Below are positions 49,801 to 62,541 of a stretch of DNA of 64,000 nucleotides, piece by piece. The DNA lies in NCBI RefSeq assembly GCF_009914755.1, contig NC_060927.1; one strand, given 5' to 3'. Made by a program: the position numbers and the translations under genes. This DNA is from the human T2T-CHM13v2.0 reference genome, Homo sapiens. Position 1 is the first letter of the stretch. The number at the start of each line of letters is the position of its first letter. The notes under the pieces were generated by a model that was given only the letters and a program-made list of their open reading frames with translations, had not been told where the DNA came from and ran no database searches.

Positions 49801-50100
49801 ACTCTCTTTTTTCCTCAGAACTTCTTTAAATATTTTACTCTGTTTCTTCATCTTCAGTACTCCCATTGAGCAACTGGTTTTATTCTCATTCTAAGTAATT
49901 TGTTTCTAGGGAAGCTTTTAGGATTGGTCTGTATCTTTGATGATTGATGATAGGAAGTTTTTTACTCATGTTTCAGTGGGCTCACTCATTGAAAAGAATT
50001 GGATTTGTTTTTTCAGTGCAAGAAATATTTTCTCCTTTGGATCTTTTATGTCATATTTTCATCTCTTCTCCTTTATTGTTCATCTGGCAGACACACTTGG
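46880..50100 (-). mobile_element. Mixed old L1ME/L1M and L2 fragments
   Basis: Decayed antisense L1-like T-rich sequence; L2 3' end at ~48320-48470 (caacaaatacttactgag...ccaggcac). Confidence 0.5.
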
Positions 50101-51718
50101 CTTAATCTTCTAGTCAGCCATTTGTTCTTCAGAGTGTTTTGTGATCTTGGTTTTGTACTTGTCTTTGAGACTCTGTTAACCTGCCGCCTCAAAGGTGGAA
50201 ATTGTTGGTTCTCTGATGAGAGCTAGCTATCTCAGGTAGAATATATTTATGTTGATGGGCAAAATCCATTCAGTAGAGGCCAACTGCTGGAGTAACATTC
50301 TTGCATAGGCAAGAAAGAGTCTAGTGTTAAAGAGGGAAGGTAAAGAAGATACAGACAGATATAGATGAAATTAATTAGCAAAACAGCAAGACTGAATATT
50401 TTTCTGAGGCCAGATATAGTTCTAGACAAGAGTAGGAAGAGCAGAGAGTAGGTGTCCCAGTGTGGGTAGTGGTTAAGGCATTGAGGAAACATCTTTGCAC
50501 AGTGGCAAGCCCTGTGAACATAACTGTGGAATATTAGATGGGCATTGGGCATTTATAGAAAAGAAAGAAACCAATTGTGTTGCAGTCTCTCTGAGAGGCA
50601 TTCATGGATCATTCTCATGGATCATTCAACATATGAGGTGGCAACAGGTTAAAAAAGGGGGAGTCCCTTTCCCTTCTTTATAACGTCCCATAAAGCAGAA
50701 GAACTTTTCTTCATTGCATGATTTTAGTTCACCATGGTGATATACTCAAAAGAATGGAACAAATTTATTGCGAGAAAGGCAAATGAAGATAAAACTTTGG
50801 AGAAACTGACAATTTTGTTAATTTCCATTTGTTAAGTTAAAATCTATTAAACTGAATTTAATGAAATATTATGCGATAGGGGTTCTAACCCTGGAGTTAA
50901 ATATTTAGCTAATCTGGTTCTGGAAGAATATGAGATTTTGATCCCTCATTTGTTCCTCCAAAGAAAGAGTCAGTAGTGTTTTGTGTTTGTTAAAGGATTA
51001 TTTTATAGTGTCTTTCTTTGTCACTTCACCATGTTGGGCAATGTGAGAAGGAGGCACTGCCAAGCTTGTTTAAGTTGGACTAACTATCCTGATGGATCAG
51101 AAGGTCAGAGCAGATATACAGCCTTGGTTCTTTCTTACAGAACTTGGGCTCTGGGAAGTGTGGGACCTCATAAATGACTAGCATTAATCTCATTCAAAAC
51201 ACTGTTCCTGTATACTGGGCAGACGTTGTGCAAAGCAGTATAAGGAAGGCTCTAAGAAGTTCACTATCTCTTTTGCCATTGGTATGACATAGTTTCAGTC
51301 TATCGTTGAGGGAAGGAGGAGAGAAAACGCCACTTAGAGGAACATCAAATGTAACTTGGGGTAATGTTTAGGCTCTGGGAGAAGGAAATTAGGCTTTGAA
51401 AGTCTGACCTCTTAAACCTTGGGAACAGGTGATTCAGCCAACTCTGACTCTTGTGTTTTGTACATACAGCACTTCAGTCTTTCCAAGGTGAGTTGTATGA
51501 GCCGCATGTCGTCATAGCTATTGTTGTTTTCCTAGTGAAGCTAGGTATTTGTAAGTGAAGAGCCTCATGGAGAAAGAAGGTAACATTAGTAGTAAAATAG
51601 TCTCCAAAATTTGCTTTACAAAATATGGTAGTTGCTACCACCCAGGAGAGAAGTCTTCCTCATGGCTCTTTAATTGACGGATGGTAAATGACTGCCTCGC
51701 TACCTCTTGTTCCAACAG

Positions 51719-51831
51719 GTCCTTTGTCATCCAGCAAATCCCAAGCAGCAACCTGTTCATGGTGGTGGTGGACAGCAGCTGCCTCTGTGAATCTGTGGCC
51801 CCCATCACCATGGCACCCATTGAAATCAGGT
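51719..51831 (+). CDS. CACNA2D3: CACNA2D3 third-from-last coding exon ((K)SFVIQQIPSSNLFMVVVDSSCLCESVAPITMAPIEIR)
   Basis: Acceptor tacctcttgttccaacAG ends at 51718. Translation matches the recalled alpha2delta-3 delta-subunit sequence. Exon ends at T51831, immediately before ATATCCTTT. Confidence 0.96.
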
Positions 51832-52050
51832 ATATCCTTTTGTGTGCAGGTCCACTCACTACCACGGAAACCAGTAAGGGGTATCAGTGGTAAGGAAACC
51901 TGGGGGAGAAATATTAGAGAAGGAAAATTACATCCTTTCCACTGTTGGAGAGAGAGAGTAGTTAAGAGAGTTGTCATTGCCAAATTTTGACCTCTGAAAT
52001 GCAGAGTAGAAAAAAGCAATCCTTGGAAACATGCCTTAACTACAGTCAAC
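51832..52050 (+). other. CACNA2D3: U12-type (minor spliceosome) AT-AC intron, 219 nt
   Basis: 5' splice site ATATCCTTT (51832-51840), branch motif TGCCTTAAC (52032-52040) and terminal AC (52049-52050). Splicing joins T+AT = Tyr and restores EIR-Y-NESLK. Confidence 0.95.
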
Positions 52051-52133
52051 ATAATGAATCCCTTAAGTGTGAACGTCTAAAGGCCCAGAAGATCAGAAGG
52101 CGCCCAGAATCTTGTCATGGCTTCCATCCTGAG
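52051..52133 (+). CDS. CACNA2D3: CACNA2D3 penultimate coding exon ((Y)NESLKCERLKAQKIRRRPESCHGFHPE)
   Basis: 83 nt, frame-consistent with both neighbouring exons. Followed by strong donor GAG|GTAAGT at 52134. Confidence 0.96.
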
Positions 52134-52387
52134 GTAAGTCTGAGAACTGTTCCTGTTTCCTTTTCCCATCAGAATCACCACGAGAGTCTCACACTGGTCA
52201 AAGAACTACAGCTGAAAAGTTCACTCATGAGAAAATAATCCCTTTCATTCAGTAAACTGAATCTGCACCATCATCTAGGTCCCAGAAGACTTCGTTCTTA
52301 CATTAGAGAGGGGGAGAGAGGTCTGGGGAAAGTTGAAGGTGTCCTGGAGTCTATTTCCGTCTAACCAACCCCTGCCTTTCCCCATAG

Positions 52388-52480
52388 GAGAATGCAAGGG
52401 AGTGTGGGGGTGCGCCGAGTCTCCAAGCCCAGACAGTCCTCCTTCTGCTCCCTCTGCTTTTGATGCTCTTCTCAAGGTGA
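52388..52480 (+). CDS. CACNA2D3: CACNA2D3 last coding exon (ENARECGGAPSLQAQTVLLLLPLLLMLFSR*), C-terminal GPI-signal/hydrophobic tail
   Basis: Preceded by CTAAC branch-like motif, pyrimidine tract and TAG (52385-52387). 30 codons plus TGA at 52478-52480. CGG small-residue motif followed by a hydrophobic stretch. Confidence 0.96.
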   Translation, partial: ENARECGGAPSLQAQTVLLLLPLLLMLFSR

Positions 52481-52835
52481 CACTGACTGAGATGTTCTCT
52501 TACTGACTGAGATGTTCTCTTGGCATGCTAAATCATGGATAAACTGTGAACCAAAATATGGTGCAACATACGAGACATGAATATAGTCCAACCATCAGCA
52601 TCTCATCATGATTTTAAACTGTGCGTGATATAAACTCTTAAAGATATGTTGACAAAAAGTTATCTATCATCTTTTTACTTTGCCAGTCATGCAAATGTGA
52701 GTTTGCCACATGATAATCACCCTTCATCAGAAATGGGACCGCAAGTGGTAGGCAGTGTCCCTTCTGCTTGAAACCTATTGAAACCAATTTAAAACTGTGT
52801 ACTTTTTAAATAAAGTATATTAAAATCATAATCTC
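52481..52835 (+). other. CACNA2D3: CACNA2D3 3' UTR (end approximate)
   Basis: Lies between the stop codon and the poly(A) signal cluster. Confidence 0.8.
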
Positions 52836-52855
52836 CGTGTTTGGATTTTATCATC
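52798..52855 (+). terminator. Cleavage/polyadenylation signal
   Basis: TGTA (52798-52801), AATAAA (52809-52814), ATTAAA (52819-52824), then GU/U-rich gtgtttggatttt downstream. Confidence 0.85.
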
Positions 52856-54905
52856 ACTTTATTGCTAAGAACACCAACTGAAAACAATGCATGGGGGAAA
52901 AGGTCCCCATTCCAGAAACCAGGAAATGATGGCTGTTGGCAGAGCCTTTGTTCTAAAGCAGATTCTAGGCACATATTTAACAACTGTTTTTAGATGCTTC
53001 ACTCACTCTCAGTTATAAAAATATTTATAGAAGTATATCAAAATATCATCTACATGGGAAGAGTTTATTACATAGAACCGTGAATTTTGTTGAACTAAAC
53101 TTCAATGAAAATCATAATTTGGATGCAAACACAAGCTTTCATCATATTCAAGTGGTGAATTATTTGGGAATAGAAATAAAGAAGTCATAAATCCTAGGAA
53201 TTCGGTCTGAGGAGACTTGAAGGAGGAAAAGAACAATGATTACAAATTTGGCTTCTGGCTTTCCCCATAAACAAGATATGAAATTAGATCTCAAGTATGA
53301 TGAGATGAAACTACCCAGACATGTAAGCAAGCATTTCTAAACGCTGGCTCTTGACCCAAAGAAAACAGATTTCACTGGATCATGGTTACTAAATAAAGTG
53401 AAATAATTTCCATGCCTAGGCAGAGTAGAGAATGCCTTACTTTATAGGACAGACGACATCTAAAAGTTATCCAGAGAATCCTACTTACTTAAACTCTTTT
53501 AAAAAGGGGCACATTATCCTCTTGATATTTTAGAAAAACTGATGTCACTGTACTGCTTTATACTAAAATGATTCCACTACATTGTTTGTTGTTGTTGTTA
53601 TAACTTTTAAAATTAAATTACTATGCCTCCAGTGCTGTTTGTTTGTTCTCAACATCACAATACTGTAACAGGCAAACTTGCCAAACTTTCAACAGCCATG
53701 GAGCTATAGAATTGTGACAATTGATGTTACTCACTCTGTGCACTTGGTAAATGAATAAATTCATTTGTTGCTCATACAAATATAAAGATAGATATATTAC
53801 ATTTACACTGACACATTGATATCAGATAAGGAGCCACAATTTATTAAGCTGGAATGATTGATGATAAGACTCTAAACCCATAAAGTTACAAGTATAAAGA
53901 CATTCTATTTACAAGTATAAAGACATTCTATTTATACCTAAGGTGATGACCAGAGGAAAATTGAGCTTAATACTGAGAGAGATGAATTTATCACAGATCT
54001 AGGTGATTTATAGGAAAATTATTTAGGTGATTTTAAAAGAGAGCAAGTTAGATGATTTATAAGAGAGAAATCATATTTTAATTAATTTTTAACAAAAATA
54101 ACATCACATAACCTATGATTCTCCATTACAGTTCTTAAAAACTGGCAACAATAAGTCAAGCATATTATGTTATAATGCCCATAATTTAATGCAAATGATG
54201 CAAAATACATGTAATATAATTACGTATAATTCCACTCCCAGTCTCATTCTAAACGATGGAGTCATTTTTGTTAAACTGTTTATGGCATAAATATAGCATC
54301 CTTGAGTCACACTGCACCTCATGCCCTTGTCACGATTACATTCATGTAACTGACCCACCAGGCACCTCTGATTCGCTGTTCTCACAACAGCTTCAAGCAA
54401 CTGGACCCTGTTTGTTTGTCTACTTTGAAATTGAATAATTTTCTCCAACTTAATGTGTCCTAAGCACAACTCACGATCCCCCTCCATTAAACTTTTTTCT
54501 TCCCACTGACGCAACTCCAACCCCAAACCTTGGGGCCACCCAATTTGCGCTTTCCCCCGCAACCCACCTTGCAGCAAGTCTCACGAGCTGTGCCCTTCAA
54601 ACACCAAACCTGACCATCACTTTTCCCAGCCCCTCACTGCTGCCATCCTCTTCCCAGTCACCACCCCCGTCCCTGGTCTCTGAAGACCTATGTCCTCATT
54701 AGTCTCCTCTCTTCCACTGTCAGCGACCACCCAGTCCCACTCCACAGTCCGTTCTCCACACAACAACCAGAGCAGTTTTTCGGAAACAAATATCTGATCC
54801 TAGCCTTGCCCAGTACAATTAAAACAACATACACATCCCTTACTGTAGTCCACAGCAGGGGTTCTCTGAGTCTTCTGTGTGTTCGAATCACTCAGGGACC
54901 TTTCA

Positions 54906-55448
<543 letters not shown>

Positions 55449-55759
55449 TCATGTGCCTTCTGCCTGGAGGGCTCTGGACCCTGGTCTTCATGTGGCTGCA
55501 CCTTCCCAACATCCACGCTCCCTTCAAAAATTCCTTCCTCAGAGACCCCTGGTACAGCTGCTCTTCTCCCCTAGCCCCACTCCTCTGGTTTTACTTTTCC
55601 TTTACATCAGTATCTGGAATCATTTTATTTTCAGTTTCACCTACTGTATTCCAGCTCCATAGGTCAAGGACTCCTCTATCGTTCGTGACTTCATCTCCAG
55701 CTCCCAGAACAGTGCCTGGCCTATAATACAACTAAAACCACCAATAACAGTGACAAAGC

Positions 55760-56000
55760 TAGCACCTACTGTTTACTGTGATCTGACTCTCTCTGCCTGG
55801 TGTTATTTGAAGTGACTTCCATGTTTAACTCGTGGGATTTTCACAGCACACCTAGGAAGTAGGTGTGATTCTGATCATCATTATACACATGGAGAAATGG
55901 AGGCACAAGGGGAAAAGTCATGCTCCCAAAGGTCACATGGTTGGAAAAGAGCAGAGTTGGGATTAGAAGCCAGGCAATTTTGCTTCCGAGTCAGGGCACT
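55760..56000 (-). mobile_element. MIR SINE
   Basis: atggagaaatggaggcaca...cccaaaggtcaca...gcagagttgggatt. Confidence 0.7.
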
Positions 56001-57360
56001 CAGCCAATCAAGTACTTCGAATGGATGAATGAATTGCCAATAACTTTGTACTACAACATCTCCGCGTCTCCTACCCACTGATCTTATTGCCATCTCTCCA
56101 AACTGCTTGGCCTCCACTCCCTGCTCTCTAATACCAGCCTGCCAACTCACCTCCCTGAGTGCGGCTGCTATTCCTGTCCTCCCACTTCCAGGCCACTGTC
56201 TGCTGCCCAGCAGCCCTCCCCTGTCTTCATTTCTCCCCGTATCTCACTTAGAATACACAAGTCACATAACATTCTATGGCTACCCGAGCTGCTGAGCACA
56301 TCTGGGCTGCCTAGCATACCTGGGCAGAGCAGTAAGCAACCTGACATATTCTTTCCTGAGTCGACTTCTATCCCACTGTCCCCAACAAGTATTTCATAGT
56401 TTCTTCCCTCTCTTTAGGATATTCTAGAGTATGTTGTCTTTCTAAAATTTGCAGTAGGAGATTTCTGTATGCAATATTAATATGATTGATACCAAACATA
56501 TCCAAAGGTAACTTATCAGAGAACATTTTACTAAAATGTACAGTTTATGACTAATTAATGTGATATAGTTTAATAGAGCATTATATAGCACAATTAGTTA
56601 CTAAAGTTATAGGCTGTGACATTCAATATAATTTGTAACAGATTCAGAAGGTATCTATAGCTAATCATAGTGTAGCAACGTTCTTCCTAAAATATAGAAC
56701 TATTTCATATATGCATGTATATACTTGTATAATTATAAAATTCATTGTATGTATATACTAGGTAAAATTCATAAAATTATAATAGAACAATTGCAATATT
56801 TATTGAGGGTAGAATACTAAAATGCAGCATAGACAAGACAATGCAATGATACCTCCATGTGTCCTAAAATTAAAGACTGGCCGGCTCCATGTGCCGTCCT
56901 TTTAGGAGCAGTATTGAAGGGAACACAGAATTAGAATAATGTAGCACACTAAAATAGGATTGTAATGGTGTCGGTAAAAACTACTATTTAATGTGTGAAG
57001 TAATTTAGGATGAGGAAATGTACATTATTATTTAAATTATGAACAGTACAGCACTGTAGAGGATAATAATATAGCTCTTGTTATAGGAGACTCTGTAGTT
57101 TAGTAAAATATTAAAATTACAGGCAGAAAGAGCACAGCTTTATTACTATCAGTATCAGAGGTCACAATAATTTAACAGACCCCTGAGGGCCATTTGCAGT
57201 GTCTGCAATTTGGAAGCTTTGCAAAGATGTCTCTAATTGGCACATATTTGCTGGAGAGTCAGCTGGGGGCATTTCTACTAATAGGACTTCGTCACACACA
57301 CGCCGCTGGTAGTGACCAAAATTCCTACTGGGGGCTTTGCAGGCATCGTTTCCCTTAATC

Positions 57361-57570
57361 CAGTGGTTACAGACCGAGACGACTTTGCCCCAGAGGGGTC
57401 ATTTGGCAATGGCAGAAGATACACTGTGGGGGAAGGGGCAGTGCTACTGGCATCTAGTGGATAGAGACCAGGGATGCTGCTACCATCCTACAAAGCCCAG
57501 GACAGCCCCCGACAACAAAGAATTGTTTGGCCAAATGTTTCAACAGTGCCAAAGTTGAGGAACCCTATTC
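57361..57570 (+). mobile_element. MER20 DNA transposon
   Basis: tttgccccagaggggtcatttggcaatg...tgctactggcatctagtgg...gttgaggaaccct. Confidence 0.85.
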
Positions 57571-58481
57571 TAATCCTTAAGGATTATTAGGGATTTTGTC
57601 TTTACAATTTAATGATGCCATTAACCTTCGGTATCCCTATTGGCATCTAAATTATGGAGGTTGACTGTACCAATGCTGGGAATCTCTTCCATAGTGTAAG
57701 AGAGTAAACTACAGATTCAATAAAATAGCAATCTAGCTACATTGTATCTTAAACTATTCAGGTGGTGGCCTCCTTGTCATCCAGGCCTCAGCAGTTTTCC
57801 ACCGAACACCCAGGAATGCTCTCTCACTACCTACTGTTTCGTTCACACCATGGTACTCACTAGAATGTGTCATTTTCTCATTTACTGCCAGAGTCCCCTC
57901 CTCATATCCTATGTGGCAGGGGCTCATCTGTGTTGACTGTTGTATCCTCAATGCTTGGAGTAACTCCCCAACTTCAGTGACACCCAGAAAGCATTTGCTG
58001 AATGAATAAACCACCCACACGATATTATTTATCAAAACCTTCTGTTTGCAAGGTACCACACAGAGCCCTTTACAACATTTCATGTAAATCTTGGGACCAC
58101 CAAATGATGCACTAAGTCTCAACAAGCAAGTTACCCAGAGTTACTAGGGCCAGTAAGAAACAAGGCCTTACTCCACACTTTTTACCCTTAACCGTAACAA
58201 TATGCAGCTGGATACCATAGTCCTGTCTTGTATCAGACACCGGTTCCCTCTTCTAGGTAGTAAGTCAAGATAGCAATACTTTCTAGTTTAGGATATTATA
58301 ATTCAGCAGCATTCGGACACTGTAAAGGCAACATACAATAGTAGATTATAGCGATACTTCTGCTGCCTATGATTAGAAACAGCATATGGTAATACGACAT
58401 GATGGCTTCATCTTTACTGCTTTCAAAATACAATACTTTCCACTCATATGCACATTACAGGCAATGTAGTGTTGTTTAAAC

Positions 58482-58806
58482 CAGGGATCAGCAAACATTT
58501 TTCTTAAAGAGCCAGAGTAATTGGCTTAGACTTGGTGGGCCTTATTGTCTCTGATGCAGCTGTTTAACTCTGCCATTACAGCTCCAAAGCAGCTATGTTC
58601 TAATAAAACTATATTTAAGGACATTAAGGACACTGAAATTCAAATTTCATATATTTTATATGCCAAAAATATTACTCCTTTGAGGTTTTTTTTTTTTTTT
58701 TTTTTGCAAGCGTTCAAAAATGTAAACACCACTGTTATACTGTGAGCTATACAAAAGAAGCAGCAGGACAGATTTGATATGTGAGGCCTAATCTGTCAGT
58801 CTCCTA
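58482..58806 (+). mobile_element. MER58B-like DNA transposon
   Basis: cagggatcagcaaacatttttcttaaagagccaga...ttctaataaaact...ggacagatttg. Confidence 0.75.
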
Positions 58807-59957
58807 ATTTAGAATATCGCTGCTGCCAATTTTTGAAGCTCTCATAATATGATGAGTTAGGAACATCCTTGCAACATTACAGATGTGTACACTAGAATAA
58901 TGTCAGTCCTATGGATATTGGAAATACTATATTACAAATGTGACTATAATTTTTACTTTAACATCACACAAAGTAGCATTATTTCAAACGCTGGAAGCAC
59001 CCTAGTATAATCTAATGACATATTCATATAACTATTAACATAAACAGCATAATTCACATAGTGTGCTAGTGTTACTGCTACTTGAATTGTAGGGCAAAAA
59101 GTATAGGTTGACATAATGCAGTTCAGTACGATATCTTATTTCTGTTCCCACAATTATATATAATAAAGTGAAGCATAAAATCACATTGTTTCTGCCAGCA
59201 TTAGCCACCTCAAAGCAGTTACTTTCTTTAGGCTATGCTGTAAGATGTGGTCCTAAACCGTAGCATTGTGCGTACTATTACTGCTATATCCTGACTATGT
59301 TAGGTTGTCAAAATCTTGTTAATAAAAATTCTACCGCAAGATCCTATACTAAACAACCCATATTTTAATTATCCTAGCTCCAAATGGTTAGCAATAAATT
59401 AGTAAAGAGAGAGAAATATTTGAGTGGCATCTTTCAAATAAAATACTGTCACCCATGGCGTGATATGCCCCTACTAGCCAGAGCATCAAGAAGAGTCCTA
59501 AATTATAGTCATATTGTCGTTATATTTATAAACGATTCGATATTGTCCTTGAACATGCTATTTAGTTATGCCACCACATAATCTTCAAGCTGTAGCAATC
59601 ACTGTGGGGCAGAGATGGGGACATTTGTTGAGTGCTGACTGTGGAAAGCACTTCACAGTCATTATGTCACATAATTCCTCACAGTCAAAGCTGGCTCAAG
59701 CCGTGAGAAGACAAGCGTTGCAGATTATAGGCCTAAGGTTCAGAGAGGTTGTACTCCTTGACCAAGTCACAGAGGCGGTGATGGACAAAGCCAGAATTTG
59801 AAGCCAGCCTAATGGTCCCAGAGCATGTGTTCTATTCACTTAGCCACCTGTCAACTTTCTCCACATCACTTTCTTTTCATGCCACATGCTGTCATCAAGA
59901 CTCAGGAAACAGCAATTCCATTCAGCCGTATTGAAGTGTAGTGTCTGTAATACTGGT

Positions 59958-60188
59958 CCAGATTAAGCATCCCAAATCCAAAAATCCAAACTCCAAAATC
60001 TGAAAATTTTTGAGTGTGGTCATGATGCTCAAAGGAAGTCCTCATCGGAGCATTTCAGGTTTTGGATTTTTGGAGTAGGGATGTTGAACTGGTAAGTGTA
60101 ATGTAAATATTCCAAAATTTTTTTAAAAATGTGAAATCTGAAACACTCATGGTCCTAAGCATTTCTGACAGGGAATACTCAATCTGTA
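59958..60188 (+). mobile_element. Tigger4a/MER46-like MITE
   Basis: cagattaagcatccc...tgatgctcaaagga...gggaatactcaatctgta terminal inverted repeats. Confidence 0.75.
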
Positions 60189-62198
60189 CCATCATTACTA
60201 GTGTATTATTATTCCATATACTGTTTTAGCAGAAAGATCGGCAATATTGCTAATCCACAACACAGTGCCCCAATGCCATTCTAGCATCTATTTCTACAGC
60301 AATAGCATTATTATATTCCATATACATTTTAAACACTAACACCACCCTCCCTTGTACATAATCCTACCTTACTTCAAGTTATGAGAACAATACAGCTGCT
60401 GTGCTAATGCCACCTGTAGTTTTAGTAGCAACAACAAAAGTGCAGATATGGAGCCCACTGGTCTATACTCAGTGTATGTTGGATCTGAGAAACCACCTTT
60501 GTGACTGCAGCTTACAGGGAAATAAGGAAGCATCACTACTCCTCAAAAGTAGAACTTTGGACTGAGACTTCTCCATTTTTACATGCAAATGGCCAGACAC
60601 ACAGGAATCACTCAGGTTCTATGCCATCTCTGATAGTAGAAGTAATCCTTTTGCTATACCATTCTATATGATGGTCCTATGATGTTAGCATTTGTGATGA
60701 TATTACTACTAAGCCATGTCATACTTACTTTCAAAATGGAAGCAATTCTGCCAATATAATAACCAGTGTGTCATATCTATAATTTTAGCAAAAACGCTAA
60801 CACAGCCATGCTAATACTTACATAACAAGTATTTTCTGAAGAGAGATACTACTCAAGTATGTACTGAATTGGTACTATTCCAATATATACTGAAATGATA
60901 ATGCATTTTAGTTTAGTTTCTAATTGAATACACATGAGAGTCCCAATATTTATAATTTATAGATTTATACCAGTATTGTAGGCTCTGCTGTCTGTATTTG
61001 TCATCAAACATGTCATTTTTTACCTTAATATGGTGCAAAAAATATAATGCTTATAGACAGAGTGCAATAATACACGAATAGTGTGCTGTGCTTAGTGATC
61101 TACATTGTTTGCATTATTAGCAGGAATATTATAATGCTCCACCTTTGCCAGGGTAAAGAGTGATGTGAACAACATTTTATTTTATTTTTATAATTTTAGA
61201 CACAACAATGATGCCATAATAAATTGAGATCTCCAAAACGGATGGCAACAATTATATTAATGGAGCTAACTATATTGTAATCATTCATCATCTGTTTGCT
61301 GCTAGACAATATGTACTAAAATATAATGTGCACCTTTCCTTGTAGCAATAACAATGGATCTGTTAATAATTTTGGTGTTATTTTAGTTCGTATTAGTATT
61401 ATTTTTAGTTTTAGTGTTGTTATACTACAGTATGTCATGTTCAACATACTACTCTGACACTGCCAAAAAGCATAGAATGAATATTATATAATGCAAAGTC
61501 TTGTTAGAGTCACGGCTTCACGACTTACTCCTTGAGTGATTTTGTCAAAATATCTGGTAGATTTAACCCTCAGTTTTCTCATCTGTATAATGGGGTTAAT
61601 AAGGAACTCATCTTACAGTTGTTCTGAGGTTTAAATTGAACAATATATCTAAATTGGGTAGTAGTTCTAGTTGCACAAGGTATCAGGATGTGGTATACAG
61701 TAAGTTCAATAATTTTAGCTGGTACTATTTTAATCATTTTTACTATTATTTTAATACCTCATACTCATTCTGGTAATACTACTACTACCAAATTACTTAG
61801 AAACAATATCACTATACACAGATACACACACACACATATATATATCCAATTACAGGTATTTGGACCAATTTTTTAAAAACAAAGCTACTATATCATTTTA
61901 TGCTATACTGAATTCCCTTCCTCTCTTCTGCTTTAATACTACTAAAGTTGCTGTAAAATTAGAGAACCAATGGCCTATAACAAGTGTTCTTAACTTTTTT
62001 GGGGAGAAAAACCCCTTTGAGAATCTAAAGAAAGCTACAGCTTCCCAGAGATATGAGACACATCACACTTTGCATCAAAATTTCAGGGGTTTCAAGAACA
62101 TTTGAAGAACCTTCTAAGAATATACATTTCTCTTTTTTTGTATAAATGTAGGGGATATGAGTACAGTTTTGTTACATGGCTATATTGCACAGTGATGA

Positions 62199-62541
<343 letters not shown>

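Noticed and set aside
44577-50630. Small imperfect tandem duplications (~44577-44612, ~46837-46872, ~50603-50628)
   Set aside because: Ordinary slippage products with no evident functional context.
51830-51831. GT at 51830 as the canonical donor
   Set aside because: The recalled protein sequence (EIRYNES) and the full U12 signal set require the AT donor at 51832; the GT is kept only as a hypothetical alternative.
51681-52238. ORFs 51681-51893 and 51987-52238 as standalone genes
   Set aside because: They are CACNA2D3 exons extended into intron sequence.
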